Origin: Octopus bimaculoides
Taxonomy: Eukaryota
Direction: 5' to 3'
DNA length: 64,000 nucleotides
NCBI RefSeq assembly: GCF_001194135.2
Contig: NC_068991.1
Location: 23,060,694 to 23,124,693 of the forward strand
Below, piece after piece: positions 28,201-38,819 of the stretch (within the stretch, counting starts at the first letter, position 1; each line of letters starts with the position of its first letter). A program made the position numbers and the translations under genes. Under the pieces are notes generated by a model, which made no database searches, was not told where the DNA came from, and saw nothing but the letters and a program-made list of their open reading frames with translations.

Positions 28201-30370
28201 ACTCCACTTCCTACCTTTCTTTAGTAGTGTTACTCATCTCCTCTTCCCCCTCCTTGACCCAGTCCTATTTCTTTCACCTTAACAGCATAGTCATCATTGA
28301 CTGCATTCACCTGTATCTCCATCTCTAACTATTTATTATTCTCCTATCCACCTAACCATTCAGAGCCTCTGTCTATATTCTTTCTTATATTCACCTTGTA
28401 CATTAAGGGTGTGCCCTAATATATCATCACCATCATCTCGTTTCTCTCTCTTCAGCTGGGATAGCCATGTACCTCCTCTACAGCAAGACACTTGTTTCTG
28501 TCCGTCTATCATACTTCACAAGACTTCTCAAGGTAACCTCACCAGTGCCAGTCTTGCTTGGATAAAGTAAGACCCTTAATGAAATATATTACTTTTCCAA
28601 TATTTCAAGAAATTGTTACTGCCTTCAAAAGTATTAAAGTCAACATAGAAAATACTTACCCCCATGCTCTTGACAACTCTATCCCATTTACAGTTGAAAC
28701 CAATACATCAGACACTGCTCTAGCTGCAACATTAACACTGAGAGGTCACCTTTTTCTCACACTCTAAAACTGAATTGTTGTATCCTTCTATTGAGAAGGA
28801 ATCTGTCACAATTGTCAAGAAAATTAAGTATGGTAACACTACCTCCTGAGATCTCACTCTCATTAACAAAACATTCAATTTATGTTTGATAAATTCTATA
28901 AATCCACAAATTAATGTGCTGGACTACTGAACTTTCTCTGGACATTCTTTTTTATTAATGAGGAAAATAGAATGTATTCTTGCTTTTGTTGACGTGGTCG
29001 TGCAACATGCTACAAATAGTTACCAAATCTCCCTTGAATAACACCTTATCTTAAAGGGCGGATACAAATACAAAATGGTCAAGGCTGCAATGCCTCTAAT
29101 CACCAGTTTTATTCACTATATATATATTTAAGCTTGGTTAAGTTCACAATCACATAATCGCATACATCATACCACATTGGACTAATGTCCTGTTTTTTTT
29201 AGTGAATTCGGTAGACGGAAACTGCGTGGATCCCAACCGTGCGTGAGTTTGTTTTTCACCACTTTCTCACGGCTTTACAAACGGGTCTCGGTCTGTGTGC
29301 CCGTAACTTAGCAGTTCGGCAAAAAGGCCAATAAAATAAGTATTGAGGCCCATTTGATCAACTAAAACATTCCAAGTAGTGCCCCAGCATAGCAGCAGTC
29401 AAAAGACTGTGATAATATATATATATATATACTCTTTACTCTTTTACTTGTTTCAGTCATTTGACTGCGGCCATGCTGGAGCACCGCCTTTAGTCGAGAT
29501 AATCGGCCCCAGGACTTATTCTTTGTAAGCCTAGTACTTATTCTATCGGTCTCTTTTTGCCGAACCGCTAAGTTACGGGGACGTAAACACACCAGCATCA
29601 GTTGTCAAGCGATGGTGGGGGGACAAACACACATACATATATATATATACGACGGGCTTCTTTCAGTTTCCGTCTACCAAATCCACTCACAAGGCTTTGG
29701 TCGGCCCGAGGCTATAGTAGAAGACACTTGCCCAAGGTGCCACGCAGTGGGACTGAACCCGGAACCATGTGGTTGGTAAGCGAGCTACTAACCACACAAT
29801 TTGCTTCAATTTTTTCATAGCAGTTTATTAATACCATGTCGAGCACTAATGTCACATTGTGACATAAAAACATTAAATGCGATATTCTGGAGAAGTCGAC
29901 CAAATATGACTCACTGTGGCACAAGATCGTCAGGTTTGAAACTGTCAGACAAGAATGTAAATAACGATAAATTGAGACATTGGAAGAGATAATTCGATGT
30001 TTCCAACTGAATGGTTTGAAACCGGATTGCAAAATCAGTTTTTTTAATTCCCTTTGTAAGAGAAGGATATGATGTGCTGATATTTATGCTTTTGGTAAAG
30101 AATTTTCTTTCTTTCTTTTTTAGGACTTAGGTGAAACAATTCCAACAAACGACCGAAACAGTCAGACTCCGTGACAGTAAATATTTCCGGTATGTTTACA
30201 TCTCTTTTTCATATATATCAATTCACAAATTAGAATTAATTAAACGTACGATATTAAAAGCACAATATCGTAGATACACTGAAAAACAAATGGAGGCTAA
30301 ATTAAAGCAACTAACACAGATTTTGTAAAAAAAATAGAGTTAAACAAGATAACTAACCTTTCTCAGCCAT
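16235..30370 (-). CDS. MED6: Mediator of RNA polymerase II transcription subunit 6, 8 coding exons, 234 aa
   Basis: Exons in transcript order: 30370-30358, 27237-27081, 26347-26256, 23162-23080, 22254-22215, 20023-19955, 18898-18758, 16344-16235. GT..AG introns, phases consistent, 705 nt. Contains LGISW...[63 protein letters not shown]. The 13-nt first coding exon (MAEK) is the least certain. Confidence 0.94.
17446..18492 (-). mobile_element. Decayed mariner transposon (Hsmar2/irritans-like) in MED6 intron 7
   Basis: TIRs CGAGGGGTGTTCATTAAAGATTTTTCCTGACCCACTT and its near reverse complement ending 18492, with TA on both sides. Transposase fragments on the minus strand: [33 protein letters not shown]. 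Frameshifted, with an internal deletion in the N-terminal DNA-binding region. Confidence 0.92.
24130..24650 (-). mobile_element. RTE-clade LINE RT C-terminal remnant
   Basis: Minus-strand [23 protein letters not shown]...FRGLLPL-like translation. Confidence 0.7.
24655..25580. repeat. Tail-to-tail inverted pair of a retroelement 3' region with ~65-nt subrepeats
   Basis: Plus copy 24655-25123 and minus copy 25141-25580 meet at an (AT)n spacer, and both end in (GAT)n. A third plus copy lies at ~54760-55150. Confidence 0.85.
28570..28900 (+). mobile_element. Gypsy-type RNase H remnant in MED6 intron 1
   Basis: AFKSIK...[24 protein letters not shown] resembles the RT/RNase H region of Ty3/Gypsy pol. 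Confidence 0.55.
29432..29797 (-). mobile_element. tRNA-derived SINE family A, near full length
   Basis: Head with A/B-box-like TGTGTGGTT...GGTTCAGTCCC, an internal microsatellite, and a tail ending GACTGAAACAAGTAAAAGAGT. Other copies at ~13195-13520 (+), 19318-19510 (+), 21170-21340 (-), 26690-26815 (-), 29205-29410 (+), 44605-44935 (+), 46990-47150 (-), 54170-54345 (-). Confidence 0.85.
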
Positions 30371-30834
30371 TCTTCTCTTCGTTCGGGACACACTGTCGAA
30401 GTAGTCGGCACTAAATGCAGTTGTTTGTTATTTTCTCATATTATTACTTTTTATTCAATATTTCCAGTTTTTACAATTTAAAAAAACACTATTCAAATTA
30501 TTAATATAGTTTCATATTCTTATTCACATTTTAATATTTTGTATTGGGAACATAGTTATTGTACTAATTTGTATATATTACTCGTTTTATTGCATCTAAT
30601 TGGACATGTACGGTGACAATTTACTTTCAAAATTGAACAAAAAAATTTAAGTCTCTGAAATGTAAAAGAATATGGCAATTTATAATTTTTTTATTTCATT
30701 CTTTTCCTGTCTATAAGGTTACCGTGTGAAAAATATTAACTGCAGAACTAGTCTCTTGTCTCAACTTCCGGCTTCAATTTTATTTCTAGGAATTTTTGTT
30801 TTGCTCTGAAATTGGATTACAAGACAATTTTAAG
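30371..30834. promoter_or_regulatory. Putative bidirectional promoter shared by MED6 and ERH
   Basis: Divergent start codons 464 nt apart. ETS-type motif ACTTCCGG at 30764-30771. Local CpG enrichment. Confidence 0.6.
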
Positions 30835-31151
30835 ATGGTTTGTTCATTTCCGTCATTACATAGTTTCATAGCTATTTGTTTTATTGCATTATCCTTCAAA
30901 ATTTATGAACTAAATGGTTGTTTATCCTTATAGTCCTTTGTAGTTTTTAGCATTATACTTACAAGGTATATACTAGTCTGAGGAAGAGAAGGTTTTTTTT
31001 TTCAGTATATTTTACAATTTAATTTTAAAGGATGATTATTCTTGTTTTAGCTATTGTTCGGAGGTCTAAAATTATATACGAAGCCAAGGAATGAAAAAGT
31101 ACAAAGAAGCAATAACTTTTTCTGCATTCTCTAATTAATGATTAACGCCAG

Positions 31152-31208
<57 letters not shown>

Positions 31209-32517
31209 TGGAGGGCTTTTCTTCTCTCTTAGAAACCACACTAGAAATTGAATTGGATTGCAGCCTAGGGAGTTAAGCATCTAAATCGACTTCGACTTTC
31301 TCAATTATATATTAAACAATTACTACCCACATTTTGTTGCTAGTAACTAAATGAAGTATTTAAAATATATTTCGGCCTTATTTGAAAGTGCTTGTGTCAT
31401 GGGGAAATTATGTAAGAATTCGTTCGTTTTGCCACTGAGGGTAAAGGGGTGTTTGTGAGCTAAAAAGGAGCTTCTGTGCGATTGTTTCACCTATTAAAAA
31501 TATCAACTAAATCATAACCTACTTACATTGGATGATGTGGCCTTAGGTACATTACTGTGAAAGAAAAGACAATACCTTCTTAACCAGGGCTGCCCTGGAC
31601 TTACCGACGACAGTGAGGTTTGTGCTCGAGCGACTTGTCGATCATATCTAACCAAACTCTTTACTGCCCTTCTGCTTTTGTTTACTTTTGGTTCTCAACC
31701 TGGGTTCATATGACCCTTGGGGGTCCACGCAAGCAAAATAGTAAATTGGGGATCCATAGTAATATTTTATGGGTTCATGAAAACGTTTTGCTTTGCATGT
31801 ATTTATTGGAAGAAACAGCTAGATTTCTTTCTCTAACATTTTACATAGTTCAGCCTACACAAGTTAGTGTGTAAAAAACAAAATAGAAATTTTGAAAGAT
31901 GTATTTATAAAGTTAGTTTTTAAACAACGAATGGCTTTGAGGATCCACCAGAATAAAATAGTAATAGAAGGGGGGATGGGCATAGATAAAAAAAAAATAG
32001 AACCATCGTCCTAGACTTCATCAGGACATTAAGCTTCCAGTTACAGAAGCTACATTGCAAACTGATCTAGTTTTTTTTTTATGCTCCATGTATTAAAAGT
32101 TAGCATTCACTGTTAACTGTGTTACTTCGAGCCAGACCTGCTAGAAATTGCAACGAAATATTCGTAATACACTCTACAGTTGTAAACAGATTCAGTGTCC
32201 AATAAAAAAAGATGGGATGGACATGGCTGGCTCAGTAAATTCTGATCTGGGGCTAAACTTCGATATTTCATTATAACCCTCACCGTTACCGCTTCAGTTT
32301 CTCAATCAAATTGAACTTTTGTTCTTTTACTTGTTTCAGTCATTTGATTGCAGTCATGCTGGAGCACCGCCTTTAATCGAACAAATCGTCCCCAGGATTT
32401 ATTTTTTGTAAGCCTAGTACTTATTCTATCGGTCTCTTTTGTCGAACCGCTAGCTTACAGGGACGTAAACACGCCAACATCGGTGTCAAGCGATGGTAGG
32501 GTAACAAACACAGACAC

Positions 32518-32553
<36 letters not shown>

Positions 32554-35500
32554 GACGGGCTTCTTTCAGTTTCCGTCTACCAAATCCACTCAAGATTTTT
32601 ATCGGCCCGACATTTGCCCATGGTGCCACGCAGTGGGACTGNNNNNNNNNNGTTGGGAAGCAAGCTTCTTACCACACAGCCACTCCTGCGCTACCTAAGT
32701 TAATTCTTTTTCTTGAGATTTTAAAAATTGTCGAGTAAATTAAATTTTTTTTTTTTTTTTTTTCTTCAGAAAGTCTAATTTTTCATGCGTAAACATTTTT
32801 AAAATATATATTTTAAGTTTCGTATTGCGTAGTCAATTTCTTTTCACTTTCATTTTAAACATCTAAAACCTTGGGCCAACTTGTTATCCTCGTTTCAAGG
32901 CTGTAGAGCCATGAGAAAAACGAGTTACACATTCAATAGTGTAGATGGATTGTCATGGCTTTTCATCAAATGTGTCTTCGTACAGGACTACACATCATCT
33001 AAACTTTCCTGCTCTACCCCTTTGACTATAATCTTGTAAATTCTCGCTTTGCTTACTCATCCTCTCACTATTCCGATTTGACTTCATCTTTGTTAGTTCT
33101 TTTGATGTTTTCATGTTAGGTATTTTATTCTTCTGAAAATGAACGTCGCAAATATGTGTTGCTAGGCCACCGAACGCCCGTCCCTCGTCTGGGAGCTCCT
33201 GGTCAGTTCTAACAGCACAGAGTAGAAAACTGATTTGTGTAAGACAATCTCTAGTGCTGCTGGTCATCGTAGTATTTACTTAATTTTGTGGTGGCCTCTA
33301 ACAGGACCATTCAACATGAGAGAAATAACAACCAAATCCCCCTCAAATCAATTTACTGCATTTTAGAAAAGAATGGGAAGGCTTGAAGTGTCGTCGTACA
33401 TGTTTGATATCAGACGTACTCAATCAGGGTTGACCTGATGCTAAAATAACAATTCTACTATTTGGGTCTTGGTTGTTTTTAATATGGTTCCCTCTGTTGC
33501 AAACATTCAGACCAGCTTCCTCCACCTTCCAGTTTGAAGTTTAATCTTGACCTTCCCTTGTAGAGTAACCATTGTTTCTGTGAAGGTACAAGTGTTAACG
33601 ATTTCCATATGAAAGTCCCCTGTGAGTTAAACCCAAGGCATAGAACTCTTGGGAGGCTTCTCTATCAACTGTTGCATCCCATTCTGTAACTGGTGCCCAT
33701 CTGTTGTCACTGAATTTCAGCTAAACTTCTTACAAAGATTCATGTGGAGAGAGATGCTTTCCTCTTACCTTTCTTCCACCAAAACAGGCAAGGTAGAAGT
33801 CTATAAAAGATCAGTGTCAGCCTGCTGGACACTGCCCTTTTCTACATCTGAAGGCTTTATTATACCCGTTGGCTCTTTACATACACCATATTGCTGATCT
33901 TAACAACCTACTACTAACATATATCATATTCTGCTCTGAAGCACAGTTCTCATCTTCAGTATTTAACTTTCCACTGTCTTGACTACACTATATTTTGACT
34001 TCATTTTGAAAGATGATGTCAGTGTATATAGAATCCATTCTCTCCATCACTTACATTGATATTAGCCACATAGACTTCCGGTTACTCTGGTTCAAAACCT
34101 CTCTGAAAGTGTTCCAGCCATCACCACCAATTAATTGACTGTTTCATCCTGCATCGAGAACATCTGTATTATTTTACCTTTCTCTGAAGTCATCCTTTTT
34201 ACTAACTGTAATAACACAATTCTGCACTGACATAGAGACTAAATCACTTGCTATTCTAAACCTTATCATTTATCAGTATCCTTTGCCAACATTCCAAATG
34301 CCCTTGACCTCTTTTTTCACTTAGCCAGTACTGCACCCGTCATATCATTTGACCATTTCTAATCAAAGCGACAAAGCTCAAGTCTTCCTCCTTCACAGTG
34401 CTTTTCTGCTTCCCAATTCTGGTAATTGAAGTTAGCAAACTGGTCAGAGCCCTACCAGTTTTAGGTTGACCACCCATGATGCAAAATGTAATTAATCCCT
34501 GATTCTTTTGTGAGAGATAAGCAAGTTACTGAAGACTTCTACATAGGTGCTTCCTTTCCACATTCCTACACTGCACTGTAGAAGTACAGTCAAAGAATAC
34601 TAAGTACAAGATCTACAAAAAGTCACTCACAACAGGGATTGTTTACCCGCTACTGCAATACCACAAATGACCATCAAGAGATTAAAAGAGACTTTTGTGT
34701 ATTTTACACCTGAGTCTTTTGGCTTTTGCTAAATGAGTTTCTACTAACTTTGCACAACCTTCTGCCTTCTCCTTCCCAACCAATATGTTTCTAAGCAGCT
34801 CTCCTGCTGATAAAAACCACCAAATCTGCTTTCCATTTTACTGTTTCTATAATATACCACCCACACATAACGAAATTCTTCACACTCTTTTTTTTTTTCT
34901 TCTCTGCCTATCTCATCACCATATTCATACAGTTTCCAAGTTCCTCTGTTTGTTCCAAAACAATACTGGTCCTGACATTTGTGTCTTCCATACTCTCCAA
35001 CAGTGCACTTCAGAAGTAGCTCTTGTCATTAGACTCTTCAATCTTTTTCCCTGCATGGATATATCACTAAACCTGCTAGAAGTAGCAGCCAAATCTCTCA
35101 AATCACACCGTACTGTTTTTCATAACCAGAAGGATACATTAGCACATTAAATAATGTCTTGTATACCCCCCTCCAAAAAAATGTGCCATTCAAAATTGGA
35201 AAGGTCTTCTCAGTCAGTGTTGATCTGGGGTTAAACAATTACACATTTTGACCATTATATAGTGTCAACACTCCATCATGCTCAAAGTGTGTTCTGGTTA
35301 AAAAAATTGAAGTACTCTTTACTTGTTTCAGTCATTTGACTGCGGCCATGCTGGGGCACCGCCTTTAGTCGAGCAACTCGACCCCAGGACTTATTCTTTG
35401 TAAGCCTAGTACTTATTCTATCGGTCTCTTTTTGCTAAACCGCCAAGTTACGGGGACGCAAACACACCAGAATTGGTCNNNNNNNNNNNNNNNNNNNNNN

Positions 35501-38474
35501 NNNNNNNNNNNNNNNNNNNNNNNNNNNNNNNNNNNNNNNNNNCAAACATAGACACACAAACATATACACATATATACATATACATATATACGACGGGCTT
35601 CTTTCATTTTCCGTCTACCAAATCCACTCACAAGGCTTTGGTTGGCCCGAGGCTATAGTAGAAGACACTTGCCCAAGGTGTCACGCAGTGGGCCTGAACC
35701 CAGAACCATGTGGTTGGTAAGCAAGCTACTTACCACACAACCACTCCTAAATACTATTTTTTTTTTTCCATCCTTTCCTTCATTTCACTGTCTGCTTACT
35801 GACTACCTGTTCAGTGTGATGACTATTTCTCTCTTTTTCTTTCTCTCCCTTATTCTCAGTATGGCCACTGCATGATAAGAACAGGTAAACCAGCAAAGAA
35901 AGAACACCTGATGTGGCACCTTAAATAGCTACTGTTGTTTTGTTCCATGTTAGCTCTGATCAAGCAGTGCTTTGATCAAAGTATTTCAGCCAAGACCTTC
36001 CCATTTTATTTTCAAGCAGTATCCACAGTTACTTCATTTAATGTGTTCTTTCCTAAGATGGTAGAAACGATTTGGTTGCTATTTCTAGCTGGTTGAGCAG
36101 TCATGCAGAGATTCCCTGAAATTATTAAAATTTTCTTTTCTTATTGCAGACTTTGCTATTTAACTTGTATTTTATGATACAGACTTTGCTGTTTAACATT
36201 GTCCACTGTCAGTAGAGATTTTATTTCTGAATTTGCGCATTACACAGCTAACAACAGTAATACCATATTCTCTCTCTTTTTATTTTCTCTTATTCCTTTT
36301 CTGTTGAAGAGTGTCAGATTGAAATGTAAAAAAACTTTTTCATTTTCCTGAGCGTCAAACTAATACACCTGCTTGTTGTTCATATACCTGTCTTCGTCTT
36401 TTGTTTTTCTATAAATTTCAACTATATATATATATACACACACACATATATATATATATACACACACACACATATATATAACATTTGATCACTTGTTTTC
36501 TGTATTCAAAATTTGGACAGAACTCATAGGACAACCTGATACAGACAAATGTGTTGTCAATGATCTTTAAACACTATATGGGATATTTTCATCGTATCAA
36601 GAGTTGCAAGCCTAGTTTGACAGTTGAGTTTTAGTCATTAAGTGAGAAGTACTGGCTGCGATTGAATAGAAAACATTTAGAATGTATGCAAATGCTATGC
36701 CTCTTGTGGATGTAGCTATTAAAGCAAAGCCTATAATTTAGTTAATGGTCACCAGACAAGCCAAAACAGAATAGTTTAGTCAAGTGCTGACTATTTGTAA
36801 AAAAATGTTAGCAAAGCACTTACAGCACAAACAATTGCCATTTGACTTACTGAACTGTGACAAAAGCTGTAAGTGTTTTTGTAACTTGAATGCTATTTTA
36901 TGGAAGTAATGTGTTGTCAAACCAGGTCTGCAACTCAAGTATGATGGAAATACTCCATACATGATGTCCTTATGCATTGTCTATATACTTTAGACACTGT
37001 GTATGTATGTGTATCCATGTATATAGATGTGTGTGTAAATAGTTTGCATATCTTGTAAGCTGTATACAGTAATATACTGGGATTTTTTGCAGTTTATGTA
37101 AGAAACGTTTTTCACAGACATGAAGAATATAAAATCTTACCCAAACAGTATCTACAATAGATTTAGTGATAGTGATCCAAGAATCAGTTGTATTTATCTT
37201 CCCTTTACTCTCCTGAGCATTAGCATCAAGCCTGAAAAAAAAAGCCATACAGCTGCACCCACTCCACTATACTCTGAACCAGTGTAGAAGCACATACATG
37301 ATCACTTGACCTGTTAGAAATAGCAACCAAATTTTCATGAACACTTTATTACTAAACTTAAAAAAGGAAGGGCACTTTAATTAATGTAGTCCTGGAAACA
37401 TGCTGAGGTCCCCTTCGGTCATGACTGACCATGGGATTGCACCTAGAAAGTTACCTTCCCAGGCACAAGTCCGGGCAAGGTTGTTTATGGAAGACCAGCA
37501 GTTGCCCATGCATACCGGCCTCCCCTCTCCATGCCTCCAGTGTTATCCAAGGGAAAGGCAAAGGCCGATACAGCTTGGTACCTGTGACGTCGCAACTCAT
37601 TTCTACAGCTGAGTGAACTGGAGCAACGTGAAATAAAGTGTCTTGCTCAAGAACACAGCATGCAGCCCGGTCCGGGATTCAAACTCACAACCTCATGATT
37701 GTAAGCTCAACGTTCTAACCACTGAGCGAGGTGCTTTCACATACCTGGAAACATGTCTATATAAAAGGCAAGATGGTCATGATTGAAATACTTTGGCTTG
37801 GTCAGTACAAACATGAGTCCGTCTAAAGAACAACAACCATACTTCTTACATTGACTGTTTTTTAAATTATATACACATATGTACAATGTGATATATGTAT
37901 ATATACATACACTGTTCTCATCCTCATATGTAAATGTTTTTTTTTCCCTCTCATTGTAGTCTCACACCATTATGTTAATTCAACCTAATCCGAAACCAGA
38001 AACTCGAACTTATTCAGATTATGAATCCCTGACTGATTGCCTTGAAGGTTTGTATATTGCAATATTTTATCTCTTTAGGTTCCAAATTTGAATCCTACCA
38101 ACGTAGATTTTGTTCTTCATCCTTCTTGAGTTGATAAAATAAGTATCTGTGAAATACCGAGTTCAATTTAATCAACTGTTTTTCTCCCTCATCCTCAAAT
38201 TGTGGTCTTGTGCTTATGTTAGAATTTAGTATTGATTTCAAATTGTGGCACAAGACCAGCAATTTCAGGGGTGGGGGTTTAGTCAATTACATTGATTCCA
38301 GTGCTCAACTGGTACTTATTTTATCGACCTCAAAAGGATGAAAGGCAATATCAGCTTATGTCTTCACAAACATTTGATCACTATAAACAAATCATCTGTG
38401 TGGTTGTTCGGTAAGAAAGTGTTGAACTCTCACACATCGTCTAACGACAGGGGATTCCTTCATATGTGTGTGTT

Positions 38475-38505
<31 letters not shown>

Positions 38506-38777
38506 NNNNNNNNNNNNNNNNNNNNNNNNNNNNNNNNNNNNNNNNNNNNNNNNNNNNNNNNNNNNNNNNNNNNNNNNNNNNNNNNNNNNNNNNNNNNNNN
38601 NNNNNNNNNNNNNNNNNNNNNNNNNNNNNNNNNNNNNNNNNNNNNNNNNNNNNNNNNNNNNNNNNNNNNNNNNNNNNNNNNNNNNNNNNNNNNNNNNNNN
38701 NNNNNNNNNNNNNNNNNNNNNNNNNNNNNNNNNNNNNNNNNNNNNNNNNNNNNNNNNNNNNNNNNNNNNNNNNNNNN

Positions 38778-38819
<42 letters not shown>

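Noticed and set aside
30914-30916. Alternative ATG for ERH exon 1
   Set aside because: Followed by GTTGTT, a poorer donor than GTTTGT at 30838. Not excluded without cDNA.
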